Shown here: positions 37,559 through 47,105 of the stretch, piece by piece
How the letters are laid out: every line of letters starts with the position of its first letter
How positions within the stretch are numbered: the first letter of the stretch is position 1
From: Bdellovibrionales bacterium
GTDB taxonomy: Bacteria > Bdellovibrionota > Bdellovibrionia > Bdellovibrionales > UBA1609
Reading direction: 5' to 3'
DNA length: 64,000 nucleotides
Assembly: GCA_965199825.1 (NCBI GenBank)
Contig: OZ241329.1
Location: forward strand, 1,600,001-1,664,000
Made by a program: the position numbers and the translations under genes
The notes under the pieces: model-generated
Databases searched by the model: none
The model's input: only the letters and a program-made list of their open reading frames with translations
What the model was told of the DNA's origin: nothing

Positions 37559-38986
37559 TCAGGGTAGGCCAACGTCACCAGACCGTCTTAAAGACGACAA
37601 ATCCCTAAATGATTTGGTTGGTATTTGCTCAGGGGTGGTGCTGTGTTTAATGATCATCAAGCCACAATTTTGTTTTTCACATCGTGAGGCATAGCCTTGA
37701 GCAAAAAACTTTCCTTTATAATAAACCTTCATCCCGATTTGCTGATTGTTAAAGGCCTCATTCAAAGTCGACATCAGCAACCCTTCACTCGGCACAACCG
37801 GATCAAGCACAATACTTAAATTTCCGTTGTTCGCAAAAGCGGTTCGACTGAGCAAGATTCGGCTCTCATCTTTGGTTTCATCAATATAAAGCGAAAAGGT
37901 TTTTGGATTTTGGGGGCCGTGATGAGGATAAACACTTTGGCTTGCTCTGCCCGAGATACAGGGACGAGTCGAGGGCTGCCCATCACAAAAAGTTACAAGC
38001 TCGCGAGGGGGCACAGAGATCAATTGAAAGTAGGCCATTTCAATTCCCGCCGTGGTATCTGCAGATTCAAAAATCAAAAACGTCTCGCCCTTATTCCAGA
38101 GTGAGCATGGGATATTTCCTGTAGCCGGATTATTTGTAGGATCACATACATTTGTTGCATCACTTAAAAAGCGATCAAACATCTGTTGGTCTTTTATTCC
38201 TCGACTCATGGTAAACACAAAACTGTGTGAGCCATTGCCCAGAACTGGCCGGTAGGGTCCGCGCAAAAATGGATATCCGCCAAGCCCTGGACGAAATGTC
38301 TGGGGCGCAGCCGGTGTTGGCTCAGCTGGAATTTCGGGTCGCGGCTTTGGATTTCGTGGCTGCGGCGACACCGTGATTGAAAATCCATCATCCTGGGATT
38401 CGACCGGTTTTTGAGGTGTTTGCGGTGTGATCACAATTTCGGCTGGCTTTGCTTGTCGCGGTTTTTGGGGTTCGGGGGGCATAAGGCGAACCGTTGGTGG
38501 CCGCGGCTCAGTCGGAGGCAGTGGCATCGCTTCGATCGGAATTGGCTGACTTGGCTCAATCGCACGAGGGGTCAGAGTCAGTGTGCGCGGCGCCTCGGGT
38601 GGCGGCGTCGGAAGAGCCAAAGCTCGTGGCACGGTGAGCGAAGGTAGAGTGGGCTTGGGTGCTTCAACTCGTGGAGTAATTTCGGGCAATGGGCGTTCGA
38701 CAACAGGCGGTGTTGGCTTAAGCGGAGGCAGAGGTGGCCTTGCCGCAGGAACCGGTTTTACGGGCTCAACAAGTGGGATGCGAGGAGGCGTCGGTTTTTC
38801 AACGATCGGCGAGGGCGATCTTTCTGGCCTTGCTGGAGGTGCTTCGATGGATTGACGTGGAGTGCTTCGCGGCTGTTCCACAGAACGGTGTTCACCCCAC
38901 GCTGGGGGCGCACTGTTTTTATAGTCGTCGAGTTCATCGAAGACATTGGCTTGGGCAAAAAGAGAGAGAAGTAAAATAAGATGCAC
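37559..38986 (-). CDS. secreted protein with long Pro-rich stalk and Cys-containing C-terminal domain
   Basis: short signal peptide ending AQA; Pro-rich N-terminal half. Confidence 0.75.
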   Translation of the reverse strand: MHLILLLSLFAQANVFDELDDYKNSAPPAWGEHRSVEQPRSTPRQSIEAPPARPERSPSPIVEKPTPPRIPLVEPVKPVPAARPPLPPLKPTPPVVERPLPEITPRVEAPKPTLPSLTVPRALALPTPPPEAPRTLTLTPRAIEPSQPIPIEAMPLPPTEPRPPTVRLMPPEPQKPRQAKPAEIVITPQTPQKPVESQDDGFSITVSPQPRNPKPRPEIPAEPTPAAPQTFRPGLGGYPFLRGPYRPVLGNGSHSFVFTMSRGIKDQQMFDRFLSDATNVCDPTNNPATGNIPCSLWNKGETFLIFESADTTAGIEMAYFQLISVPPRELVTFCDGQPSTRPCISGRASQSVYPHHGPQNPKTFSLYIDETKDESRILLSRTAFANNGNLSIVLDPVVPSEGLLMSTLNEAFNNQQIGMKVYYKGKFFAQGYASRCEKQNCGLMIIKHSTTPEQIPTKSFRDLSSLRRSGDVGLP

Positions 38987-38997
38987 AACACACAAAT

Positions 38998-39013
38998 TGC
39001 AACCGCGGTGCCC
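38998..39013 (-). promoter_or_regulatory. sigma54 -24/-12 promoter
   Basis: GGGCAC-CGCGG-TTGCA on the minus strand, exact GG-N10-GC. Confidence 0.75.
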
Positions 39014-39064
39014 CTCTCAGTGCGCGATAAATAACAATCGAGCAAGACTTCGATGCTCGGCACT

Positions 39065-39093
39065 TTGACACCAAGGTACAACTTTCATAACTT
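39065..39093 (+). promoter_or_regulatory. sigma70 promoter of ppa, leaderless geometry
   Basis: TTGACA-17-TAACTT, 7 nt before ATG. Confidence 0.75.
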
Positions 39094-39100
39094 CAAATTT

Positions 39101-39637
39101 ATGAATCCATGGCACGACGTCATCATAGGTCCTGATGCTCCAAATATTTTAAACGCGGTCATTGAAATCCCAAAGGGATCAAAAGCAAAGTATGAACTCG
39201 ATAAAGAAACGGGCTTACTGAGGCTTGATCGATTTCTTTACAGCTCGGTTCATTATCCCTGCAATTACGGTTTTATTCCCCAAACCTATTGCGAGGATCA
39301 TGATCCCCTAGATATTTTGGTGTTGGGTCAAGAGCCAGTTGTGCCTTTGTGTTTGGTGCGAGCCAAACCCATTGGTGTGATGAAGATGATCGATCACGGT
39401 GAGGCCGATGACAAAATCATTGCGGTCCATGCTGATGATCCAGAGTATGCCCACTTTAATTGTATCGATGAATTAGCCCCTCATCGCATGATTGAGGTCC
39501 AAAGATTTTTTGAGGATTATAAGATTTTAGAAAACAAACATGTGGTGATCGAAAAGTTTTTTAAAAGCACCGAGGCGTATCAAATTATCCAAAGTGCGAT
39601 CGATCTGTACAACAAAACTTTTAAACTAAAAAAGTAG
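39101..39637 (+). CDS. ppa: inorganic pyrophosphatase
   Basis: [24 protein letters not shown] and DDKI. Confidence 0.96.
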   Translation: MNPWHDVIIGPDAPNILNAVIEIPKGSKAKYELDKETGLLRLDRFLYSSVHYPCNYGFIPQTYCEDHDPLDILVLGQEPVVPLCLVRAKPIGVMKMIDHGEADDKIIAVHADDPEYAHFNCIDELAPHRMIEVQRFFEDYKILENKHVVIEKFFKSTEAYQIIQSAIDLYNKTFKLKK

Positions 39638-40339
39638 AGTTCCGGTCACACCAACCATCCCGTTCGAATCGAGCTGCGGCAATATCGAAAACGCTTTGCC
39701 ATTCGAATCTGGCATATGGTGTTGGCTATAACTGTGACCAACAAGATAGCCTAAAGTTGAACCAAAAATCACATCCGACAAATGATGTCGACCCGACGCC
39801 ATCCGACTGACCGCGGTCAACGCGGTTAAAAAATAAAAAGGTGCAGCGGTTTCAAAACCATAAAACTGATCGATCACTGCAGCAGTGGTCATCAAAGTGG
39901 ACGTGTGTCCGGAGGGAAATGAATAGTGATCTCCCCCATCGGGCCGTTCATGAGGAATCGCTAATTTTAACACGGTAGTGTAGCCAAGATTTGCCACCAG
40001 GGCCTCGAGCTGAGCTTCACCAAATTGCAGAGAATGGTCATCATCGTTGAGATACGCATGTAAGAGTGCGGCAGCTCCAACGCCGACGCCGATAATCCCT
40101 GTGCCCAAAAATTGATTGCCAATATTCTCTAATCCACCAAGACGATTGCGATTAGAAAAATACTGATCCACTGAGGAGTCCAACAAAATTAAACTTAAAC
40201 CCGTAGCCGACAGGCCATAAACAAAAACTTCAAGATTCTGTTTGGCAAATAAATCGATGCTGCCTTTTTTCATATGTTCAAACGGATTGTAGGCGAGGGC
40301 CTGAGATCCAATAAAAAATAAAACTAAAAATCGCATCAC
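39626..40339 (-). CDS. PAP2 family phosphatase with signal peptide
   Basis: K-x5-ERP, SFPSGH and [12 protein letters not shown]. Confidence 0.88.
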   Translation of the reverse strand: MMRFLVLFFIGSQALAYNPFEHMKKGSIDLFAKQNLEVFVYGLSATGLSLILLDSSVDQYFSNRNRLGGLENIGNQFLGTGIIGVGVGAAALLHAYLNDDDHSLQFGEAQLEALVANLGYTTVLKLAIPHERPDGGDHYSFPSGHTSTLMTTAAVIDQFYGFETAAPFYFLTALTAVSRMASGRHHLSDVIFGSTLGYLVGHSYSQHHMPDSNGKAFSILPQLDSNGMVGVTGTLLF

Positions 40340-40343
40340 GTTT

Positions 40344-41174
40344 TTAAAAACTCCAGTGGGCCGACATAATGGGCTCGCCCTCGTAAGAGGTTGTCGGCAT
40401 GATCAAAGGCCAAGCCGAATTTAATTTTGATTTTGGATGATTGCGACGAGTGATCACTTTTGAAAAGCTATAGCTCAATGCAATTGCAATCGGCATATCA
40501 CTCCACCAGTGAATTCCGGTTCCAACAAGTCCCATCGAAACCCAACCCAACGCAGGATAAGCAATATAAGGCATCCAAGTTTGTTCAGGATAATTGTCCA
40601 TAATGATAAAGAGGCTTACAGAAAACGACTGCAGATGACCCGACGGCATCGCATCGTACTCTTGAGTGTTATGAGAGTAATCCACCTGACTCGGAAGCAA
40701 ACGCCAACGGCCTGTTCGCGAGGTGCTCTTGAAAGGACTTTGTCGACCTGTGGTGTGCTTCATCAATTGAACAATAATGCCGCTCGACAGAATTCCCTCA
40801 CCAATTTGATAGGCGGTTCTTAATGCTCGTCGATCAAAAATTCCGGCAGCCAAAAATCCACCGATCGCCACATACTGAAAGGGCCCTTTACTAAAGCTCT
40901 CACCCGCATCGACGATATCGTGAAAGTTATCGTTTGTGTCATATTGGCGTTTTTCAGCCTGCCAAGTTTCATAATCGGTCATGGTCATCACCCCGGTGAT
41001 CGCGGTGAGGCTTAAGAGTGACGGGATATTTTGTTTGGTAAATGTGTCTTGAGCCCAGTCGCTAAGATTGCTCGGAATGTTGGTGATGATTTTGTAGAAC
41101 TTGGGCCGCTCCACCTCTTCACTTGCTTGGACCGAAAAATGAAAGACGAATAAAATAACTGCTAAACTTTTCAT
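40344..41174 (-). CDS. divergent PAP2 family phosphatase with signal peptide
   Basis: KHTTGRQSP, MPSGH and IHWWSD. Confidence 0.8.
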   Translation of the reverse strand: MKSLAVILFVFHFSVQASEEVERPKFYKIITNIPSNLSDWAQDTFTKQNIPSLLSLTAITGVMTMTDYETWQAEKRQYDTNDNFHDIVDAGESFSKGPFQYVAIGGFLAAGIFDRRALRTAYQIGEGILSSGIIVQLMKHTTGRQSPFKSTSRTGRWRLLPSQVDYSHNTQEYDAMPSGHLQSFSVSLFIIMDNYPEQTWMPYIAYPALGWVSMGLVGTGIHWWSDMPIAIALSYSFSKVITRRNHPKSKLNSAWPLIMPTTSYEGEPIMSAHWSF

Positions 41175-41770
41175 AATAAAACTCCCAGCCGCACAAGCGC
41201 ACCCCAAAGTGTGTTTGGTCCTGCGGTCGAATAGTAGGGCCCAACCTCAATGAGAGTATGTGCAACCCCAAAAAAATCAAATCCATATCCAAATCCTCCG
41301 CGCACCATCACTCCGGTATCATTGGTGGAGGAATTTGGAATCAAGGAGGTTTGGGTAACAATTTGTAAACTCTCAACCCCTAGATCAAAATGATAATAAT
41401 AACCTGAGCCAATAGTAGGTTTTAAAAAATTCATATAGGTGAAAAGCCCAGAATAGGAACGAATCGCCAGCCTGCGCTGATCGCGTTGATCGCGACCGAA
41501 TTCTTCGAGCAGTGCGCTTGCCAAAAATCCAAAAAGTTTTTGATCGTCTAAGCGGTAGTAGGCCCCTGGCAGCTCAAGCAGTCCACCCGAGATACTCCAC
41601 AATCCGTCGGCATGGGCCTCGCCAATTTTTTGTTGCAGGTTTGAATCATGCTGAGGATAGGGCGAAAAACCGGTGCCCACATAAAAATACCACTGATCTT
41701 GAACCCCTTCTTCGGCAGAGACAGCTTGGTTAAACAAACCGAGCGCCAAAATGATAATCAAAACTGGCAT
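41171..41770 (-). CDS. putative outer membrane beta-barrel protein
   Basis: signal peptide, alternating aromatic/Gly beta strands, C-terminus VRLGVLL. Confidence 0.65.
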   Translation of the reverse strand: MPVLIIILALGLFNQAVSAEEGVQDQWYFYVGTGFSPYPQHDSNLQQKIGEAHADGLWSISGGLLELPGAYYRLDDQKLFGFLASALLEEFGRDQRDQRRLAIRSYSGLFTYMNFLKPTIGSGYYYHFDLGVESLQIVTQTSLIPNSSTNDTGVMVRGGFGYGFDFFGVAHTLIEVGPYYSTAGPNTLWGALVRLGVLL

Positions 41771-41852
41771 TTTTTCCTTTACCTTATTCATTCTTTTAGA
41801 GAAGTCGCGACAGTGCGATACTCCAGCAATGAATTTTGAATTTGATTTCGCC

Positions 41853-42455
41853 ATGATTCATCTCAAAAAGAAAGTTTTCTGTTTCGCTAGCACGCTGCTT
41901 TTTTGCCAAGTGATTTGTGCTCAAGAAATGTGCTTGAGCCAACTTGCCAAAGGCCGACTCAGAAATTTTACTTCTGAGCATATCACTGCAGCGACCGCAA
42001 TTTTGAATGACCCTGAAGTGTCACACTATCTGCATGATCATCCCGCAAATGAAATACCCGATGAATTGGCAAAAATGATTCGCCATGAAGACGACTCGTT
42101 GATCAAAGGATATTGGTATCAGGACGAGCTGGTTGCCTTAGTGGGTCTGCAGCACGATAAAAATCAACTGAGATTTATCGCAAGAACCGAATCCGAAAAA
42201 CAGTATCTGATGATGTGGTTTGCGGTTAAGCCTTCACAACAAGGCCGAGGTTTCGGAACAGGTGCAACAAGAGCTCTGCTCGAATTCTTGTTCGACCACA
42301 CGGACCTTCCGGGAGTGTTTGCTTGTTTCAACAAAGAAAATGTTTTCTCTCGAAATTTAGTGGCAAGAGTTGGATTTTCGCTCACCACTCGCATTGGAGC
42401 CAGCGGATTGATCTGCGCTCACCTTAGCCGCGAGCGATTTTTAAATAAACATTAA
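41853..42455 (+). CDS. RimJ/RimL-type GNAT acetyltransferase with N-terminal signal-like peptide
   Basis: LR....ILNDPEV..YL, QQGRGFGT and ENVFSRNLVARVGF; hydrophobic N-terminus then CLSQL. Confidence 0.8.
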   Translation: MIHLKKKVFCFASTLLFCQVICAQEMCLSQLAKGRLRNFTSEHITAATAILNDPEVSHYLHDHPANEIPDELAKMIRHEDDSLIKGYWYQDELVALVGLQHDKNQLRFIARTESEKQYLMMWFAVKPSQQGRGFGTGATRALLEFLFDHTDLPGVFACFNKENVFSRNLVARVGFSLTTRIGASGLICAHLSRERFLNKH

Positions 42456-43981
42456 TTGTTTGGGCAAGCTAGACCGTGAAGAAGAGCTTCGCGTTGGCCT
42501 GGCACCTGGGATCGAGCAGCAACTTGCAACGCGGTGATTGCGGCTTCATATTTGTCTTTAATATCTTTGCAGACCGCTTTATTTTTTTGGACTTGTTTTG
42601 CTAGCAACTCGCCAACTTCTTTGTGTGTATTCGAATTGCTAGAGGCCGCGTTATCGCGCCATGCGTTTTTAAAGCTATCTAAATTTTGATTCAGCATGAG
42701 TGTTTCAAAACGTTCGTTTTCTTGTGGAGTTTGGCAATTTTCAACATAGGCATTGATCTCGCTAACCTTATAAACATAATTTGTAGATTCAAGTAATTTT
42801 GCATTATCACATTTTTTATAATAGCGCGTGCTCGGTTTAATTTGCGGCGGTTGCGAATTTGCTAATTCCAAAACAGCAATTCCGTTGAAGGGTGCAGTTT
42901 CTTTGGGCGCAGCCGGGGCCGCGTCCGCTTTTAAAATAGGCGATTTTGGAGCTTGTGGTTTTTCTACCGGCGTATTGGCAACCGGTGTGGTGAGCTCAGG
43001 AGCTGGACGGGGAACGGGCACGCTACTCTCATTTATCGATGCAGCCGAAGGGACCGGGACTGAGCCCCCGCCTAAATTCGTTTTGGCGGCGGCTGCTGGG
43101 GGTGGAGTGGCCGAGGCTGTTCGTGGGGCTGGTGAGCTCGCAGTTCTTGGTGAAGTTGCACGCGCAGTTCTTACAGTCGGTCTTACCGCAGCTCCAGAGC
43201 CGCGGCTTCTTGCGTGTGAAGTTCTCGCCGGAGTTGATTTGGGTGCAGCCAGTGGAGTTGAACTTGAAGCTCCCGAACCATAACAATCCTTGCCGCCACA
43301 GGCGACGGTGCAGCCTTCGATATATTTTTCTAAATCTTCTTTTGTTTGAAGCGACATCGCGGTTTTGAATTCGGGCATATAATATTGGCAATAACCATTC
43401 GTGGCGAGACGATGAAGTTCATCGTATTCATCATAGGTTTTTTCGACTTGGTACTGACTGTAGTTACTTATCATAGCATAGCTTTCAGGTTGGAGAGCCA
43501 ACCCACTGCCGCCGTACTGTGCGGCATCGCCGCTCGTTTCATTTGTTCCAAAACTATTTTGATATTTCGATTCTAAAGAAGATTGCGCCTTCTTTTTTCG
43601 CAATTGCTCTCCTAACGACCTTTCAACACCGGTAAAATAATTTTTAAATTGTTCTGTAAAACTACAGTAATCAGATTTGATCCCCGAACCACTCGAAGCA
43701 CAGGCAGAGCTTGCAAATCCGCTGCGCACACTGGTAGTTCCACCAGGCTTTTCTTGGCAATTGGCAACCACTACAGCCCAACGTGTACGAAGGTTTGTAA
43801 ATGTGATTCCCCATTCTACAGGGTGAGATTCAAAGCAAGATGTGGGCGGTGCTTTTGCTGGTGCTATAGGGGTTGAACGTCGGCTTGAACTTGATGTGTC
43901 ATCGTGACATCGGCCTGTTTTTGGATCTCGGTAGCAAGAGTCATCAGCGAAAATAGAAAAACATAAAATTAAAAAAATCAT
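42452..43981 (-). CDS. secreted Cys-rich protein with Ala/Pro/Ser/Thr linker
   Basis: short signal MIFLILCFSIFA; two globular regions joined by a low-complexity linker. Confidence 0.75.
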   Translation of the reverse strand: MIFLILCFSIFADDSCYRDPKTGRCHDDTSSSSRRSTPIAPAKAPPTSCFESHPVEWGITFTNLRTRWAVVVANCQEKPGGTTSVRSGFASSACASSGSGIKSDYCSFTEQFKNYFTGVERSLGEQLRKKKAQSSLESKYQNSFGTNETSGDAAQYGGSGLALQPESYAMISNYSQYQVEKTYDEYDELHRLATNGYCQYYMPEFKTAMSLQTKEDLEKYIEGCTVACGGKDCYGSGASSSTPLAAPKSTPARTSHARSRGSGAAVRPTVRTARATSPRTASSPAPRTASATPPPAAAAKTNLGGGSVPVPSAASINESSVPVPRPAPELTTPVANTPVEKPQAPKSPILKADAAPAAPKETAPFNGIAVLELANSQPPQIKPSTRYYKKCDNAKLLESTNYVYKVSEINAYVENCQTPQENERFETLMLNQNLDSFKNAWRDNAASSNSNTHKEVGELLAKQVQKNKAVCKDIKDKYEAAITALQVAARSQVPGQREALLHGLACPNN

Positions 43982-44092
43982 ATCTTCATGATCAAGCATT
44001 TTGGCCCAAATAAAAATGGCAGGATAAAAGGCCTAGACCTAGGTCGCTCGTGAAATGATCCGATTTTCGGTCAGCATTCCCGGACCACAAGA

Positions 44093-44746
44093 TTGAAAGA
44101 GTCATGTCATTCTTGTTTGATCAATTACCAAAAATTGCATTTCCCAAAATCAATAAAGGAGATTTCAATGATCGAACAATCTATCGACAATGACTTTAAT
44201 GATTTTAAACTCACATTTTTGCAGTCTATAAAAAAATATCCCGCAGCTTTGAGCCGAATGCTTTGCCGTCCGTTAAAAGCGGTGAAGAGTCAATATTCAG
44301 AATCGTGGGTAGTTTTAGCCTGCTATACTTTTGTGACATGCTTTTTGGCGCAAATGCCGTGGATGATTTCATTTCATTATCCGCCATATTTTTTAAATAC
44401 TTCGTTTAACTTCGTGTTTGATGCTGCGGTAATCAGTTTTGCAATCCACTTATGGACAGCTGCGGAAAATCCCGAGTCGGATACGTTTTTACCAGTTTTT
44501 AAATCACTGCTTATCGCTTTTATGATCAGCACGATCTACTGCTTACCTTTATCGTTCCTAGCGATCCGATACATGGTGATGTTTGCTTTTGTAAGTCAGT
44601 TGATGGTGGGACTCAAAGTCGCCATACTGACATGGCTATTTTATTTTGTTTTTAGAACGCATTCGCATTTGGCCAGAAAACATATTCTTACAGTCAGTGT
44701 ACTTTCGGCCTTTTTCTCAAGCTATATCATTCCGAGTTTATTATGA
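44093..44746 (+). CDS. polytopic membrane protein (Yip1-like topology)
   Basis: about five hydrophobic helices; true start may be 44168. Confidence 0.6.
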   Translation: MKESCHSCLINYQKLHFPKSIKEISMIEQSIDNDFNDFKLTFLQSIKKYPAALSRMLCRPLKAVKSQYSESWVVLACYTFVTCFLAQMPWMISFHYPPYFLNTSFNFVFDAAVISFAIHLWTAAENPESDTFLPVFKSLLIAFMISTIYCLPLSFLAIRYMVMFAFVSQLMVGLKVAILTWLFYFVFRTHSHLARKHILTVSVLSAFFSSYIIPSLL

Positions 44747-44910
44747 TCACCATTTTTTTGTTGGCTGCGTTGGCGGATCCCGTACCACCGGTAAAAAAAG
44801 AAATTCCGGTGGGTGCTCGACCAGATCCAAAAATTCAAATTAAAAAATTAGAAAAGTCGGTGGATAAAATCCTGATTTGGAAAAATAAGCTTGAAGGATT
44901 TCATTGGTGA
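44743..44910 (+). CDS. 55-aa small exported protein absent from the ORF track
   Basis: ATGA overlap with the upstream stop; MITIFLLAALA-DPVPPVKK...EGFHW. Confidence 0.45.
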   Translation: MITIFLLAALADPVPPVKKEIPVGARPDPKIQIKKLEKSVDKILIWKNKLEGFHW

Positions 44911-45254
44911 TTGAGCTTCGATTTTAGATATGTCGAAATCTCAGTCCGGCCATAAATCCTTTGAAGTAACTCAAAGCCCTGAGCGCCCATAAAATCCTCA
45001 ACCGTTTGGCGAGATTGGTCATGCTCAGCAAAGACTTTATCAAGACGGTAGGAGTGGCGGCAAGCCGGGGTTTGAGCCACCACCTGATTATCACAGATAA
45101 TGCGGATCGGGAAAATGCAAAACATGAGATCATTGAATACGTCTTTAGAGTAGCACGCCGAACTACTTTGAATTTGTTGCGGATTAAAAACTTCGACTTC
45201 ACCAAATTGTGTGGCGCTAGCAAAAAAACAAATTATGAGTTGAACCAAAATCAT
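44901..45254 (-). CDS. small secreted four-Cys protein, paralog 4
   Basis: signal peptide; C..C..PI.IIC..VVA...C..FM..QGF. Confidence 0.75.
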   Translation of the reverse strand: MILVQLIICFFASATQFGEVEVFNPQQIQSSSACYSKDVFNDLMFCIFPIRIICDNQVVAQTPACRHSYRLDKVFAEHDQSRQTVEDFMGAQGFELLQRIYGRTEISTYLKSKLNHQ

Positions 45255-45272
45255 CGGATCTCCTGGGTAAAA

Positions 45273-45635
45273 TTAATTCTTTCGATTAAAAGTTAAGAAA
45301 TGAATCTGGGTGGTTGGATTCAAAAGATATTTATAGGATTGATCCAACACAAAACCTTGATCAGTCATAAACTGGTGAATGGCTTCATAGGATGTGTCGA
45401 CCTCTTCTGATTTGCGAAAAATATTAAGGCCTTCGGAACAGGCATTCACCTCGGCCACCACAGTCTCATCGCAAATCAGTTCGATCGGCATTAAGCAAAT
45501 TTGTCGATCCACGAGTACGCAGTTGTTTGAGGCAGAGAGTCTCTGCTGATCGATCACACTTACAATTCCCAGATCGAGCCCGTAAGCGGTAAGCGATTTA
45601 AGAAAGATCGAAACGATGATTAAATAGAATTTCAT
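45273..45635 (-). CDS. small secreted four-Cys protein, paralog 3
   Basis: VSVIDQQRLS...C..C..PIELIC..VVAE..C..FM..QGF.LDQ. Confidence 0.78.
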   Translation of the reverse strand: MKFYLIIVSIFLKSLTAYGLDLGIVSVIDQQRLSASNNCVLVDRQICLMPIELICDETVVAEVNACSEGLNIFRKSEEVDTSYEAIHQFMTDQGFVLDQSYKYLLNPTTQIHFLTFNRKN

Positions 45636-46004
45636 TTAGTCTTTGGTGACGGTCATCACTCTGTACGCCGCGCCATATCGAAGGGCCTTCGAATTAAGAT
45701 AAAGATCTTGATCAATTTTAAAACCGTTGGAACGAATGAAATCTTTTGTGGTGGCCCAGGAAAGCTCTGCGTCCCGCCTTTTACGTGAATTGCCAGAGTA
45801 TGCGGAACATTGTTCGAGTTCCGCCACAACTTTATTTCCACAAGCGATAGTGATTTTTTCACCGCAATAGGGGGACGCTGTAACGATACAGCTTCTTGCT
45901 TGAGACAAAACGGCTTGATCTAAAACATGGACTTCAAGGCCCAGCGCCGCTTCGCAAGTAAAGACGATCAGAAGAGACAAAAAGTTTACAAGAGATTTGT
46001 TCAT
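45636..46004 (-). CDS. small secreted four-Cys protein, paralog 2
   Basis: AAGGAG RBS before ATG 46004; VHVLDQ..LSQARSC. Confidence 0.78.
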   Translation of the reverse strand: MNKSLVNFLSLLIVFTCEAALGLEVHVLDQAVLSQARSCIVTASPYCGEKITIACGNKVVAELEQCSAYSGNSRKRRDAELSWATTKDFIRSNGFKIDQDLYLNSKALRYGAAYRVMTVTKD

Positions 46005-46096
46005 TGGGAGCTGCTCCTTAGATTTCGGAAACCTATTGCAAGATATAATCCCAAGATGCGCCCCATAAATGTTTTTTATTAATCTTGCTACCGACT

Positions 46097-46453
46097 TCAA
46101 TTTTTTATGAAAGTGATAAGTGGGACTTTGCCGTTTTTCCAAATTAAAAATTTAAGTGACTGATCAACCTCAAATTTCTCTCGGTGCATGAACGCCGTGA
46201 GAGTTGAAATGGCGACAGAGTGTTGTTCTGCAGTTTTATTTCTAAAAAAAGTTGTACAGCCCATAATCTCGGCGGTGACTCGACCCCCGCAAAACAGTTG
46301 AATTGGATCTCCGCAATCTCTGACATCAAGAATTAAACAAGATTTTGCCTGAGAGAGATTTTTTTGATCCAAAACATGGACCTTTGAAAAGTCCTGAGCT
46401 TGGCTTAAAATAATATTAGAAAAGATGAGAAAATTTACGAAAGTCATGAACAT
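46097..46453 (-). CDS. small secreted four-Cys protein, paralog 1
   Basis: AGGAGG RBS; VHVLDQ..LSQAKSC. Confidence 0.78.
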   Translation of the reverse strand: MFMTFVNFLIFSNIILSQAQDFSKVHVLDQKNLSQAKSCLILDVRDCGDPIQLFCGGRVTAEIMGCTTFFRNKTAEQHSVAISTLTAFMHREKFEVDQSLKFLIWKNGKVPLITFIKN

Positions 46454-46673
46454 CGAGGCCTCCTAGCAAGGAGGTTTAAGGCTTAAAATTTTTGTTTTCT
46501 AAGGATTTTTACTGCTCATCCAATAAAAACCAGTTTGTTTAGTTGTTATCGTAGCATCGGTAACATGCTCAATGCTCTTTTGACTGGATCTAATACGTCG
46601 ACTTGGTTTCTCTCGAAGGTCCTTCTTTACATAACAGAATTGTCTTAATGAATTTTTTGCCTTGATTTCATTC

Positions 46674-47105
46674 GTGCTCGGAAGAGGACTTGTTGTTCAC
46701 GGAGCTGCTCGTGCCGCTCCTCCACAGACGGGGAAGCCGCTCGTCAGCCATCGTGGCTGCCGCATCTTGCCGAATGCTTCCTTTGGTCGCATCCAACAAG
46801 ACGACGCGACTTCTCTTCAAGTCCTCTTCTTACAATGCTGTGCGATTGTTATTTGAATTTGTTGGTTTAATTTTTCTTTTGTTTTTTTGGTGCTCGGAAG
46901 AGGACTTGTTGTTCACGGAGCGGCTTGTGCCGCTCCTCCACAGACGGGGAAGCCGCTCGTCAGCCATCGTGGCTGCCGCATCTTGCCGAATGCTTCCTTT
47001 GGTCGCATCCAACAAGACGACGCGACTTCTCTTCAAGTCCTCTTCTTACAATGCTGTGCGATTCTTATTTAAATTTGTTGGTTTAATTTTTCTTTTGTTT
47101 TTTTG
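46674..47105 (-). repeat. two tandem 216-bp tRNA-linked repeats, each ending in the tRNA-Leu 3' end
   Basis: GTGCTCGGAAGAGGACTTG recurs at 46674, 46890 and 47106; I count 4 differences between the units. Confidence 0.95.

Noticed and set aside
46674..47105. Prophage/ICE attL-attR pair or extra tRNA genes
   Set aside because: There is no integrase or cargo between the copies, and only 19-21 nt of the tRNA is repeated, with no cloverleaf.
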